From Eledone cirrhosa (Eukaryota): a DNA stretch of 64,000 bases. Positions within the stretch are counted from its first letter, which is position 1. Each line of letters starts with the position of its first letter. The stretch is from positions 75,454,001-75,518,000 of the forward strand of contig OZ024740.1 in assembly GCA_964016885.1 (NCBI GenBank). Reading direction: 5' to 3'. Below are positions 1-15,019 of the stretch, one piece after another. The notes beneath the pieces are model-generated. The model was not told where the DNA came from and did no database searches. It saw only the letters and a list, made by a program, of their open reading frames with translations. The position numbers and the translations under genes are program-made.

Positions 1-391
1 GCGTGTGCGTGTTTGTATATGTATTTGTGTATGTGTATGTATGTGTTTATGTATTTGTATATGTATATTTATGTGCAAGAGTGTGTGTATGTATTTACTA
101 TTTCGTACGTATGTATACGTGCATTTGTGTGTATTACTTACCAAGCGTGTCTGTCCAGTTACCTGCAGTTTGTATCGCTGTCAAAATATTTTTTTATATA
201 TATATATTTTTTTTTTCTTATATTTATTTGCGTGTGTGAATATGTAGAGGAGTGCATTTATGTATGTGTATGTATGTACGTGTGTATATATGTATGATTG
301 TGTTCATGTATGTATGTAGGTATATGTATGTGTGTATGGCTATGTTTGTGTATGTGTATGCTTGTACACACATATATATATATATATATAT

Positions 392-443
<52 letters not shown>

Positions 444-672
444 ATATGTGTGTATGTATATGTATTTATATTTATGTTTCTATGTGTATGTATGTGTGTA
501 TATATATGTGTGTGGTTGTATATATGTATGTGTATGTATGGATGTGTTGATATTTATGTGCGTATGTATATATGTGTATATGTATGTGTTTGTGTGTATT
601 TATATACACATATATATGTGTATATATGTGTGTGTGTGTGTGTATGAGTGTATGTATATGTATATATATATG

Positions 673-740
<68 letters not shown>
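1..740. repeat. (TA)n/(TG)n/(TGTA)n compound microsatellite
   Basis: Direct reading; source of spurious V/Y/C/I ORFs. Confidence 0.95.
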
Positions 741-746
<6 letters not shown>

Positions 747-779
747 ATTAATAAATGGAAACTATATTTATAAAGCCAT

Positions 780-852
780 ATTTATTTCATTATATATATT
801 TCAAGGATACCAAGTTAAATCATGGTATCCCTTCATCAGACAAAATACAATA
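780..852 (-). ncRNA. Minimal type I hammerhead ribozyme
   Basis: Reverse complement of the 993-1066 HHR. Confidence 0.75.
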
Positions 853-992
853 TATATCAATTTTACAAATAGATATTGACGTACCCTTTCAAAAAGGTGA
901 CCGTTGCTTTTGGAACCCATCCGGATGGCCTCCAAAAGCACCGGTCACCTTTTTGAAAGGGTACGTCAATATCTATTTGTAAAATTGTTATA

Positions 993-1066
993 TATTGTAT
1001 TTTGTCTGATGAAGGGATACCATGATTTAACTTGGTATCCTTGAAATATATATAATGAAATAAATA
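993..1066 (+). ncRNA. Minimal type I hammerhead ribozyme
   Basis: tattttgt-CTGATGA-agggatacca..tggtatcctt-GAAA-tatata-TA-atgaaata. Confidence 0.8.
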
Positions 1067-1184
1067 TGGCTTTATAAATATAGTTTCCATTTATTAATAT
1101 TGTATATCTAAATATTTGTCGAGTGCTTTATATCAGTTATAATAATATTTGCTTGTTGTATCCTAACAATTTAAATAGAACTTT

Positions 1185-1255
<71 letters not shown>

Positions 1256-1410
1256 ATGTATGCTTTTGTGTGTGAGTGTGCGTGTTTTTGTGTGTGTTTG
1301 CATGTGTAGTTTTATTTTATTTTTCCTTTCCTTCTTCCTTCTCCAGCCTCACTTTCATATAGATTGCATTTTTGTTTTTAAAATCCAAGTTCAATAAACA
1401 GACCAGGATT

Positions 1411-1471
1411 TTTTCATTCTGAGGATTGAAAGCAAAATCTTTTGCTTTTAAGAAACCACTGGTAAATGGAA
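1411..1471 (+). ncRNA. Type I hammerhead ribozyme (CUGAGGA)
   Basis: ttcatt-CTGAGGA-ttgaaagcaaaa/ttttgcttttaa-GAAA-ccactgg-TA-aatgga; paralog at 19070-19130. Confidence 0.8.
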
Positions 1472-1500
1472 TAATTGCCTTATGTTTTTTATTACATAAC

Positions 1501-1502
<2 letters not shown>

Positions 1503-1570
<68 letters not shown>

Positions 1571-1582
1571 AGTATATATATA

Positions 1583-1639
<57 letters not shown>

Positions 1640-1644
1640 GTATA

Positions 1645-1723
<79 letters not shown>

Positions 1724-1744
1724 ATGTATGTATGTATATATATA

Positions 1745-1819
<75 letters not shown>

Positions 1820-1848
1820 ATATATATGCATATATATATATATATATG
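1503..1848. repeat. (TA)n microsatellite with TGTA interruptions
   Basis: Direct reading. Confidence 0.95.
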
Positions 1849-1898
1849 AGAGACGTAAAATAAGAAAATTATAAAATTAACTTACTTACTAAAAAATC

Positions 1899-1981
1899 AC
1901 TTCCAACTAATTAGTTTCTGGAATGGAGTAAATATATTTTCCGAAGAAACATATGGAAAATCATTCCGTCATCAGGAAAGT
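1899..1981 (-). ncRNA. Type I hammerhead ribozyme, extended loop II
   Basis: Minus strand: actttc-CTGATGA-cggaatg..cattcca-GAAA-ctaattag-TT-ggaagt. Confidence 0.75.
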
Positions 1982-2178
1982 CTTTTTCCGTGTAAGTCTC
2001 CAGGCATAGCGAGGACTCTGGAAACTTATTAAAAAAAATAATTCAGTGGAAAGGAAATAGCGAAGCGTGGACTGGATTCCTAGCCATTGAGAAAATCACT
2101 GCCTCTACGTCTTCAAAAAGAATCAATCACGTGACATCGAGGTCAATCAGTGGAAAGCGAGTGGTTAATAAGACAGCG

Positions 2179-3510
<1,332 letters not shown>

Positions 3511-3511
3511 T

Positions 3512-3897
3512 AGGGCGGGTAAAATTCCCGAGATCCGTGGACGAGTTCTCTCCAGCAGTCTCTGTCCCTTGTTATCGCTGCCATGTCCTGCGTCTCCAAC
3601 AGACGAGTGTCTGTCCTTAGGGCATCAACCTACGTTAACCTTGGTCTTCCTCTTCCAGTGTGTCCATGCAGGGGCTGCCACAGGAGCACTGAGTGCAGTG
3701 TCAACTCTGGATGTCGGTGAGCATATCCAGCTAACCTCAGTCTCCTCTTTGTCACTTTTGAGCTGATTTTTGGGAGGCTCCCATACAGCTCTGAGTTTTT
3801 CATCCTCAATGTATACTGATTAATGTTCAGAGCCATCCTCAGCATTCTCGTGTAACACCCATCCACCATCTGAGTGAGTTTCTTGGTCAGTGTCAGA
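3512..3897 (-). mobile_element. RTE-clade LINE 3' fragment
   Basis: [13 protein letters not shown]...[12 protein letters not shown]...LLWQP..GRGRP C-terminal motif; second copy at 6460-6668. Confidence 0.8.
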
Positions 3898-3930
3898 TAT
3901 ATATATATAAATACATATATATATATATAC

Positions 3931-4018
<88 letters not shown>

Positions 4019-4043
4019 TATACATATATATATATACCTATGT

Positions 4044-4074
<31 letters not shown>

Positions 4075-4137
4075 TATATTTTCGATTTCATCTCTTTTTC
4101 TTTATACTTTCAGTCGTGTAGGACACCTCACTTTCTA

Positions 4138-4234
<97 letters not shown>

Positions 4235-4455
4235 AATTACATTTTTAACTTAATTGTTTAAGCGTCAGTCATACAAAAGTGAGTTACAAACGAAACGAAA
4301 TTTAATTTCGTTTCGTTATTTGTTTTTATCGTCTCCGCTGAACCGGTGCGTACTCACACTCTATGCAAATTAGTCTGCCCACTACTAATTTTCATAGAAA
4401 ACGCATATAACGATATGTGCTTTTACAATTCTCCAGAAAGGCCGGTAGATAGGTA

Positions 4456-4500
4456 AATATTGCTGATGAGTTGTAACAACAACGAAACTAGTTCAATATT
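4456..4500 (+). ncRNA. Minimal hammerhead ribozyme
   Basis: aatattg-CTGATGA-gttgt aaca acaac-GAAA-ctag-TT-caatatt; helix I extends via ttctccagaaag/ctttctggagaa. Confidence 0.85.
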
Positions 4501-4923
4501 CCTTGTCTGGCTTTCTGGAGAATAGGGGGAAGGTGTTCCCCCGAAAAACCAGTATGACTCTAAAAACCGGTTTGTCTGTGTGTTTACATACAGAATAGCT
4601 GGGCCGCTCACTGTAAAGCGACCAGTGAAAGACTTGGTACACCTACATATGTATACGTGTGTGTATTCATATACACACTAGTATTTCAGTATGCATATGT
4701 AGATGTACATTTTTAACTTAATTGTTTAAGCGTCAGTCATACAAAAGTGAGTTACAAACGAAACGAAATTTAATTTCGTTTCGTTATTTGTTTTTATCGT
4801 CTCCGCTGAACCGGTGCGTACTCACACTCTATGCAAATTAGTCTGCCCACTACTAATTTTCATAGAAAAAGCATATAACGATATGTGCTTTTACAATTCT
4901 CCAGAAAGGCCGGTAGATAGGTA

Positions 4924-4968
4924 AATATTGCTGATGAGTTGTAACAACAACGAAGCTAGTTCAATATT
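4924..4968 (+). ncRNA. Hammerhead copy with GAAA>GAAG mutation
   Basis: Same as 4456-4500 but reads cgaagctag. Confidence 0.7.
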
Positions 4969-5256
4969 CCTTGTCTGGCTTTCTGGAGAATAGGGGGAAG
5001 GTGTTCCCCCGAAAAACCAGTATGACTCTAAAAACCGGTTTGTCTGTGTTTACATACAGAATAGCTGGGCCGCTCACTGTAAAGCGACCAGTGAAAGACT
5101 TGGTACACCTACATATGTATACGTGTGTGTATTCATATACACACTAGTATTTCAGTATGCATATGTAGATGTACATTTTTAACTTAATTGTTTAAGCGTC
5201 AGTCATACAAAAGTGAGTTACAAACGAAACGAAATTTAATTTCGTTTCGTTATTTG

Positions 5257-5370
<114 letters not shown>

Positions 5371-5547
5371 CATATATATATACATATATATATATATACA
5401 TATATATATACATATATATATATATTCATATACATATATATATACATATATATATATATTCATATACATATATACATATATATATATATACATATATATA
5501 TACATATATACATATATATATATATACATATATATATACATATATAC

Positions 5548-5578
<31 letters not shown>

Positions 5579-5585
5579 CATATAC

Positions 5586-5632
<47 letters not shown>

Positions 5633-5780
5633 CATATATATATATACATATATACATATACATATATATAACATATATATTTCTATATATATATTCATAT
5701 ATATATTTATATATACACAAGCAAATTATAAATGTAAACATGTAAGTATGTTTTTTGAAACGGTGCGCGAGTTTGAATTT

Positions 5781-5998
5781 AGAAATTAGAAATTATAAGC
5801 TTTCACCGTATTTTAGACTAAAGAAATTTCTAGCCTGATAGTGGGGTTTATATCCCTCGGAGAAATGGAAAAAGATGAGTGTTGCCGTACATGGCAACAC
5901 TCATCTTTTTCCATTTCTCCGAGGGATATAAACCCCACTATCAGGCTAGAAATTTCTTTAGTCTAAAATACGGTGAAAGCTTATAATTTCTAATTTCT
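5781..5998. repeat. Fold-back palindrome (about 107-bp arms)
   Basis: Inverted arms around gccgtacatggc near 5889. Confidence 0.9.
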
Positions 5999-6048
5999 TA
6001 TTTATATATACATATACATATATATATACACATATATATTTATATATA

Positions 6049-6136
<88 letters not shown>

Positions 6137-6420
6137 CTAGCAGAGGTACCCGGCGTTGCCCGGGTATTAAATAGCTGTCATGTATAGCATTCATGTCAAT
6201 AATTCAGTGCTGCTTCGAAAACTATACTTGTACAAAATCATCGGCTTTTTCCAAAAGGGGCTTCCTGCACCCAAGGGTCCCCTACTCAATATGTGCCAAT
6301 TCTGTGTTCAAATTCATCTGTAGAACATATGTAGCCAATGTGTCAAGTTTGATGAAAATCGGTTGCGAACTCCAGAAGTATGACGTTTTGCTGCATTGCA
6401 CTGCATTTCTTCAGTCGATT

Positions 6421-6425
<5 letters not shown>
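6137..6425 (-). mobile_element. Non-autonomous Helitron-like element (3' end at 6137)
   Basis: Minus strand: hairpin acccgg-gcaacg-ccgggt, 7 nt, then CTAG-T; internal caagtttgatgaaaatcgg motif. Confidence 0.65.
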
Positions 6426-6459
<34 letters not shown>

Positions 6460-6462
<3 letters not shown>

Positions 6463-6668
6463 CGAGTAAAATTCCCGAGATCCATGGACGAATTCTCTCC
6501 AACGGTCTCTGTCCCTCATTATCGTTGCCATGTTCTGCGTCTCCAACAGACTAGTGTCTGTCCTTAGCGCATCAACATACGTTAACCTTGGTCTTCCTCC
6601 TCCAGTGTGTCCATGCAGGGGCTCCTACAAGAGCACTGGGTGCAGTGTCAACTCTGGATGTCGGTGAT
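6460..6668 (-). mobile_element. RTE-clade LINE 3' fragment
   Basis: Highly similar to 3512-3720. Confidence 0.8.
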
Positions 6669-6959
6669 CTGGACATATATATATATATATCATAAAACAG
6701 GTCTATAGAATCACAAGATAAAATATATACCGTTTCCTCTCCCAATTAGCATAATTAACCATATAAAAAATCAATTAGACCAAGCTATAAGAATAAAGGC
6801 TCCTATGAAGAAATCTCCGACAAATAATCGAAACCAGCCCTTCGCGGCGGTTGCGACGGAGTATTTATCGAATATTTCGACACCATGTATAAATCGACCA
6901 GATATACAGTCAACTAAACAGAATTAGGTGTAAAATAAACTAGAAGAAAAGTGTACACA

Positions 6960-7053
6960 TTTAATTACCTCTACCATGGTTTCGTCCGCATTTTAAGACA
7001 TCCGATAACATTGGATATCTAGAGCTTCGGATTCTTCAGGAGTTAGCTCAAAT
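6960..7053 (-). ncRNA. Type I hammerhead ribozyme, extended loop II
   Basis: Minus strand: taactc-CTGAAGA-atccg..cggac-GAAA-ccatgg-TA-gaggta. Confidence 0.7.
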
Positions 7054-7588
7054 TTGGACATTTAATTTTCCAAAGTGATCGCGCCAAGAATACATTCAAA
7101 AATGGCTAAGAATCGTGACGTGGCAGCGGTCAAGTTAGAAAGGATGTGATTAGTTGCTTACGGCTGGTAGGCTTTTTGCTAGAAAGCGCAGCCCAATACA
7201 GCCAAAATTGTATCTCAACCTAACGGGAGATTATTACATATAAAGGTTTACATGTATATATATATATATATATAAAGTCATAGATATATATGTGTTTTGC
7301 AACATAAATATATATATATGTGTGTGTGTATGTGTGTGTGTGACGGATGGTAGCTAAGATGCTTCCATAGGCGGTTTGCCGGTTGAGCACTCTATACTCT
7401 TACAGAGCAGAGTATGATATAATATGTAGAAGAATATGGTCCGAAATGATTAGACGTGTCCGTCGAACCTGCGGGTCCAGAATCAGACAGATCCACACAA
7501 TGATCGCCTCTCGAGCTGTCCGCCGGCGAAACAATTGTAACACACAATAAATTGAGTTCAGATGCATCACTGATTTTTCGTTTTATAT

Positions 7589-7628
<40 letters not shown>

Positions 7629-8050
7629 GTAATACATATATCTATGTTTATATGAAATAAGATAGATTGAGGGGACGGGCGGGATGGAATTGGAAAAAAT
7701 GTCTTTAGATAAAAATAACAGGTCCATTCATGTTGACATCTCTTGCAAATTGTTGGTGCTGGTGTTTTGTGTATGATTTATTTTTTAGAAAAGTGGATGA
7801 TGGAGCGTGTCTACCTGAAATGGAAAACAACCGTTTTGTAAAAAGAGCTATACTTGTGCACGTGCGTAAGCATGTGTGTGTGTGTGTTATTATACGTCCA
7901 TATATATGTGTATGTGTGTATGTAATATATATACACAAACGCATATATGTGTCCATATATATATACATATATAAACATATATATATATGCATATATATAC
8001 ATATATACATATATATATATATATAAACACATATATATATGTATATATAT

Positions 8051-8081
<31 letters not shown>

Positions 8082-8083
8082 AA

Positions 8084-8171
<88 letters not shown>

Positions 8172-8515
8172 ATAATTAGAGAACATAGAAATAAATATAA
8201 AATCTACACACAGAAAAGACGCAATGTTTAGACAAATCACAGAAGCAATAAACATAAATGAACTCCAACCAAAATTAAATAGAAAACATGAATGGAATAG
8301 CAACATCACAACTTACAATTAAGGACAAAATGAAAACACACACACATAGAACAAACAACCAACTAGTAACATGTAAATAAACAAATAAATAAACAAATAA
8401 AAACACACACAGACACCCGGATGTAACACATGCGCAAACGAAACACACAACACACACAAAAACAAGATGGCGTAGGACAGAACAAAGAAGAGGCACAAAA
8501 CAAAGAGAAGAATCC

Positions 8516-8562
8516 CCAGTCACTGAAGAGGTCACAGAATGTGTGACGAAAGAACTTTGACA
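8516..8562 (+). ncRNA. Minimal hammerhead candidate (extra base after A9)
   Basis: gtca-CTGAAGA-g-gtcac..gtgac-GAAA-gaac-TT-tgac; paralog at 27821-27873 (-). Confidence 0.55.
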
Positions 8563-8717
8563 ATATATGAAGAACCGTCTGGTTGTGGAACCAACCAACC
8601 GGAAATTTATAAATTTAATTTATAATAAATTGGAGTGAAAGCAACTATAAAGGCAGCTAATCACTCGAAGTTGTGTCACTCGACCTTAAATATAATGTTT
8701 GCCTGATCATTTGATTA

Positions 8718-8824
8718 GGCAAACACTTGAAAAGTTCGGCTATTTATTTACCACGTTAAAAATTTTAATTTAGTCCAAAAATAGCCGTCGAAACGGCTTG
8801 AGCTCTGCCGTCGGGGTCATACAT

Positions 8825-8877
<53 letters not shown>

Positions 8878-9272
8878 AAGAGTCAGGACCCCAACGGCTG
8901 AGCTCCGGCCGTTTCGACAGCTAAATCCGAATGTTGTCGAAACGCCCGGAGCTTAGCCGTCGGGGTGCTGACTCTTTTTCTATTACCTACTCTACTACCC
9001 TAAGTATTGAGTACGCTGGTGCGATATGGTCCACCTGGTATCTTACCATACCCTCTTTGTTATATATATATAGAGAGTGGAAAGGAGTCAGGACCCCGAC
9101 GGCTGAGCACCGGCCGTTTCAACAACTAGATCCGAACTGTTCGGATCTAGCTGTCGAAACGGCTGGAGCTCAGCCGTCGGGGTCTTGACTCTTTCCCTTT
9201 TACCCACTCTACTACCCTAAGTATCGAGTACTCTAGTGCGTTATGGTCCACCCGATTCCTTACCACACTTTC
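8718..9272. repeat. Self-palindromic repeat family K copies (also 20186-20378, 21442-21620, 28740-28930, 29352-29542)
   Basis: gaccccgacggcagagctcaagccgtttcgac and its reverse complement, plus shared tail ctctactaccctaagtattgagtac. Confidence 0.85.
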
Positions 9273-10753
9273 TTTGTTTTATATATATATATATATACAG
9301 AATGACATCACGGCACTGCTCAATAATCTAAAAAACGCCAATGGAATTATTGTTAGAGCAGACAAAACATCAAACGTATATACCATGGATGTGGACACTT
9401 ACAATAACTTCATCCGTAAGAAATTGCATAAAAAATACAAAAAACTAATGAAGCTACACTTACAAACATCAACAACTCGGCATGTGAAATTGTTAAAAAA
9501 CTTTGTATTGACGATAGAACGCAACCTTAACACCAGCTACACCATCCTTCAACCTGAAGGACCATAAGGTAAACTTCGATACTGACCCTAAAATTAGACT
9601 AATATGCCCCTCTAAATCTGATACAGGCAAAATTAGCAAATATATATTAGACAGAATTATCCCCCAAGTTAAGGCTAAAGTAGATATTAAACTATGGGGT
9701 AACACCCATGAGGCAATAAGATGGTTTAATAGCATTACTGATAAGAAGAAATCAAAATTTATTCAGTTCGATATTGATGAGTATTATTCCTCAATCTCAC
9801 CTGATACTCTACATGAAGCCCTTTCGTTCGTTAAGGCTAACTCCGACCTTACGGATGATGAAATTAGTATTATTATCGAAGCGAGGAAAACTATTGTTAA
9901 ATTTGATGATAGCTACTGGGTTCGCAAACATAGACCTTCTAATTTTGATATAACTATGGGTTCCAATGATTCGGCGGAAGTAACTGATCTTGTGGGAATT
10001 TATATCACCCACAGACTACAAGGAAAATTCAAGGATCTCCACGGTGGACTCTACCGTGACGATACGCTCCTATTAGTTAAGCATATGAATAACCAGAATT
10101 TAGAAAGGATGCGTAAAAATATTAGAAAGCTTTTTAAGGAACTAGGATTAAATATTACGTTTGAATATAACCTCAAAGGGGTTAATTTCCTCGATGTTAC
10201 TTTGAATCTCAATACAGAAACGATTAAACCGTTCCATAAACTAAATGAGAACCTTAAATAGGTAAATACGGTTTCTAACCATCCACCCTCTATAATTAAA
10301 TCCATCCCTAGAAATATTTCCCTTAGAATCTCCCGCCTGTCGTCCAACCAGCAAACCTTCAAAGAACATGCCGAATATTATGATGATGCACTTAGAAAGG
10401 CTGGACACCTAGATAATATAGAGTATATAGTCAACGATCACCAAAACACCCAAAATAAATCTCATAGAGGTAAACATAACATAGAATCACCACCATACAT
10501 ACACTACCGCAATAGACACACTAATAGTCGCACACCACCAAACAGAAGGCGATGTAAAGAGTATATATGGTACAACCCGGTCTATAACAACTCTATTAAA
10601 ACCAATCTACCCTCACAATTCTTCCGATTAGTTAAAAAACATTTTCCAACATCACATAAATATAATAAAATCTTAAACCCTAACACTATTCGACTTTCAT
10701 ATTCAACCGCCCCTAATATTGAACAACATATAAAAAAGCTTAACGCAAAACGG

Positions 10754-11323
10754 TTGTATAAACGCCTTACAACACATAACAATACACGTAAAACATCGGC
10801 TATAACATCACAAAACAACAAACAACATCCCGTCCTGCCTAAGCAACCTCATCAACCCATCCATGGTAATACAACAACGCATAATTATAACTGTAACTGT
10901 GTCCAACCAGGAATGTGTCCGTTGAACAATCAGTGTCTTGAACGCAACATCATATACAAATGTACTATCGAATCGGGTAGCCAGAAGTGGTACTATGTGG
11001 GGTCTACAGCTATCTCCTTCAAATCTCGCCTTTATAGACATCGTTACTCGATAAAACATGAAAACCAGCGTTATGTAACAACACTCGCAGACAAGGCTTG
11101 GCAGCTGCGCGAAAATAACCAACAATTTAACCTAAAATGGGATATAATAGCATCTGCCCCTGCATATTTCCAAGGACAGGAATTTTGTAAATTGTGTAAT
11201 ATGAAAATATTTTGTATTATGAAATCCAAAAATATTGTATTAAATAACAGAATAGAGCGATCGTTATACTGTAACCATCGCTTGAAATCTACATTTTCAT
11301 ATTACAAACGCTACCAGGATTGA
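10754..11323 (+). pseudogene. PLE GIY-YIG endonuclease domain
   Basis: NIIYKC..YYVGST..FKSRL..H..CKLCN..LNNR. Confidence 0.85.
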
Positions 11324-11797
11324 ACGCCTGTCTCCATCTCCGTTTGATTTTCAAAATGCATTCTCTATTAGTCTTAATTCTATCAACTCTTCTATTCGTT
11401 ACCATTTAATATAAACTGCTTTACCATTTAATATAAACTGCTATAGATAAAATGAATTCCCTAATGCATATACCAGCAGGCTACCAGCATTGTTGTTATA
11501 CAGTAGCAGTGAAAATCTCTCTCTTCCTTACTTGACACTTTATATCTGTATTAATACTACTATACCAAACGACCAGCCCTGTCCATTGTTCAATTGGTCA
11601 AATATAGATTAAAATAGGCACTCCCCAAAATTCTTATTTAGATAAAATAAGCCATATACTCATTGTATTCTCATTAAAAACCTTCTATATATTTGTTTAC
11701 CAGCAAATTGAATTGCCATCTGTCATATACTATCCCTTCTCTTCTTCCTTTCTTACAACTAATATAAATATTTTGATTTTTTTGATTTTTTTCCAAT

Positions 11798-11932
11798 TTA
11801 TCCAATATCTCTGAAGAAGTGACAACTGATTATACATTTGCTATCGAATACTTGCTAACATTATATGATTACGCAAGCAGCGATACATAGGTATTCCGTC
11901 TGTTACAGAAACATATGTCAATACCTAATAAA
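11798..11932 (+). ncRNA. Hammerhead candidate in PLE 3' UTR, long loop II
   Basis: CTGAAGA 11811, gtgaca/tgttac, GAAA-catatg-TC; weak helix I. Confidence 0.55.
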
Positions 11933-12739
11933 TTCCTTTATAAAAGCACTTTCATTTTATATTCATCTTTTCTACATTTTCTCCGGAATATAATTTATAC
12001 TCGTTGAGCAAACATACACGTACGCTGTTCATCTCTAACGTGCGATATATTATCACTACATTATTGATAACTTGAAAATATACTGGCTAATTAATATATA
12101 TCTATATACATAATCGTTATTTAAATATTTCTAACAATAAGTACTTCATAAGCTTTACATACTGAATATGTTGACATTGATCATCTTCGTTAAAGTTTAC
12201 ATTTAGGAAAATATTCAACAGTGTAAACTTTCCTTTTCGCTGGCCAGCTAAATCCTTTAAATGTTATCCTCATAAAATTCAGAAGTTTAGAAATGTTAAC
12301 ACACTTATAGAATTTACAAAACTAATAAATATAAATAACCAGCAATTTAAAAAAAACCCTAACACCTTGATTCTTCACCCTAATAGCATAAATTAAATAT
12401 TTTCAAACTTAACCGTTTAACTTTCGGAAAAAATCTCCTTCTGCATATATTACCCCCTTATCTTTCCCTCTCTATAAATCCTATTCCAGTGGCTCTCATT
12501 GACTGTTATGATTCATGAGATGTTTTCCTAGATAAACATAAATTGTAGTATCATACATTTTAAAATCTCTATAACTATTACATTAAGCAACGTTTTTCTT
12601 ACTCACACATTGTCTATTGAATTTATTACGTTTTCGCATTTTCTCATTATTAGGGTATAAATGTTAAATTTTCTCTTAGGTTAATCACTACCTTGATTAA
12701 ATCTTAACCATTTAACATCTCAGGGTATGTCATGTATCA

Positions 12740-12800
12740 TTATATTTTGTCTGATGAGGACGTACTGTTGTACATCCGAAATATGTATAATAAAATGTAA
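12740..12800 (+). ncRNA. Minimal hammerhead ribozyme
   Basis: ttatattttgt-CTGATGA-ggacgtac tgtt gtacatcc-GAAA-tatgta-TA-ataaaatgtaa. Confidence 0.85.
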
Positions 12801-12934
12801 TTGATCAAAAGAACATCTTTTTATTAATATTTGTATTTTAATATTAATAACTCTGGAAAATTATTTCTCGTAGAGTGCTTCCAATCTACTGTAAAACTCA
12901 TTCTTTGATATACTCATTGAATCTTGTTTAACTC

Positions 12935-13007
<73 letters not shown>

Positions 13008-13897
13008 TTGCTAAAAATAAAGATTCATTAAAACTCTTTGAGTGGTGCCTCGGCATACCAATACTGCCGACAGATGTTTATGTCTGTATGTATGTGTGTA
13101 TGCGTGTTTAGTGTGCAATTTGCGTGTTTGCGTATGGCCGTATGCTCATAAATTTATATACGATTATAATTTTTTAAGGTGTGGTGTATGGGATTTTTTA
13201 ATTATTTATCTATTTTTCGGCTTTATAGCTGTAAACCTATCCTTATTTCTCAGATCATCATAAAATGTTGAGAACAATGCCGATACCGAACCTTTTCCTT
13301 CCCATAAACTCTAAGTTTTTTATTTACTCCTGTTATCCAAAACGTGTTACGCGCTGTTATACCATCTTCATATAAAAGTGTTTACAACGGAAGAAAAAAA
13401 AATAGAACTTGAGATCAACAAGTCAATAAATATTACGTTCTAGCAACACCCTTTCCATTTCCTTTCGCTTGTATATTTGTCGACCTAAATGTATTGTTGC
13501 TATTGGCAGTAGAAACCTTTTAAATCGGTCGAGTGTTAGCAGTAATTTAACGGTATTTGATCAACGCTTAGTTTAAACTGTAGATTAAAATACGATTTGA
13601 TCGATAGAAGTCCTCAAATAACCCGTGACTGCACATTGTATCAAAATAGACTTCTATTTGGATGAGGGACCGTTAATAAAGCTAATCGTTTAGTGTCATG
13701 GCAACCTAAATATCCTTATTATTGATTTCGTTCATGCGGAAAAAATGTGTATGAAACAAATAATTTTTCATTTGCAATGCTATAAGAAAATGGTCGTTTG
13801 TGTTAGATTTGTTCCAGTTCAAGCTGCAAATACATTCATACTCATAACAAAATGGAACCAAACTATTAATAGAACTAACTGCATTATACCTCAAATG

Positions 13898-13952
<55 letters not shown>

Positions 13953-14064
13953 TAAGAGGAATTCCAACTTTGTCTGATTTACTCGTTTTATTTACAATCC
14001 TTTAAAATTTATAATGGTATTATAATGAAATAGTATGATAGAATATTAAATGTTAAGTGTTAAT

Positions 14065-14103
14065 TGGACAAGTACTTTCATGCTTTCGCAATCTTCAGGT
14101 TCA
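14065..14103 (-). ncRNA. Minimal hammerhead ribozyme
   Basis: Minus strand: tgaac-CTGAAGA-ttgc gaaa gcat-GAAA-gtac-TT-gtcca. Confidence 0.75.
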
Positions 14104-14494
14104 TAATGTGTGGTGACAGTCAAGTTTGCAATTTTCAACTGTAATGAGATGGGTAAATTTTGTACCTTATATACAGTGAAACGTGGCTCCAGAATGCTAA
14201 ATCTTGCAAACTGTATTTCGATCAATCGGTGTGTAGTTTCACTGAATTACTAAAGCTGATTGGTTTAGGCGTCACGGTTGGTTGTGCAAGTCTAACGACC
14301 ACTAATTGATCCTATCCAAAGCATCAATTGTTTTGCTATTTTTAGAAATGATGAAAATAGCATTTTCTAGTAATCATCACCATCAACATCACTTTTATTA
14401 TTATTATTATTATTATTGTTGTTGTTGTTGTTAGTGTTCGTAGTCGACATGGTCGTAGTCATAGTCATAGTAGAAATAATACCCCTAAGCATTA

Positions 14495-15019
14495 TTATTG
14501 TTCATTTAGCTTGGGTTTGAATTTATCAATAAAATTCTTTTCTTTGATTTTTCTCTTGATTTCGCTTGGGCTGTGTAATTTGTAGAATGGGAATATTATA
14601 AATATTTCCTGACCACATGTTGCTAGATGGTTACTTAGGGGTATCTGACGGACATTTGGGTCTCTGATTTGCTGACGGTGTACCCGTGCACGTTCTGATA
14701 GTGCATTTCCAGTTTGACCGACATATAGTTCTTCACAATTCGGGCATTTAATGCAGTAAATTAGATTTCTGCTTTTGCAGTTCATATTTGCATTTGGGAA
14801 TATTTTTCCAGTTTTTGTTTTCATATATTGACCGGCGTGTATGGATTGACATGTGCCACATCGACTATCATTGCATTTAGATACAGTGAATGATTGGTCT
14901 TTGTTGTTAAGGTCAAACTTTGCTTTTGTTAGTAATTGCTTCAAATTTTTCGGCTGTCTTTTACTAAGAGTCAAAGATCGATCTGTGATTAAGCCTGAAA
15001 GTACTTGTTCAATTAACAC
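14495..15019 (-). pseudogene. PLE Zn-finger linker plus GIY-YIG endonuclease
   Basis: SKRQPKNLK..C..RCGTC..IYCIKC..YVGQTG..R..H. Confidence 0.9.

Larger units (their letters stand above)
741..1187. mobile_element. PLE-tail fold-back element (palindrome 741-1104 plus extra tail)
   Basis: Near-perfect inverted repeat centred on ccgg 921-924; related copy at 19545-19962; HHR in each arm. Confidence 0.8.
9300..12070 (+). mobile_element. Penelope-like element, 5'-truncated and degenerate (RT plus C-terminal GIY-YIG, 3' UTR with HHR)
   Basis: ADKTSN, FDI..YYSSI, TMGSNDSAEV, GLYRDD, FLDVTL, WYNP, CPLNNQCL..IIY..YYVGST..FKSR; stops and frameshifts. Confidence 0.92.

Noticed and set aside
755-1090. 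Twin 75-aa ORFs on opposite strands
   Set aside because: By-product of the palindrome; no protein motif
7340-7465. HHR-like gtccgaaatgatta with upstream hairpins
   Set aside because: No acceptable CUGANGA or U3-A8 core found
9300-11323. Selenocysteine or readthrough recoding in PLE ORFs
   Set aside because: Interruptions are mixed TAA/TAG stops and frameshifts consistent with decay; no SECIS recognised
13690-13708. RFX X-box-like gtgtcatggcaac
   Set aside because: Single short motif with no associated gene or TSS evidence
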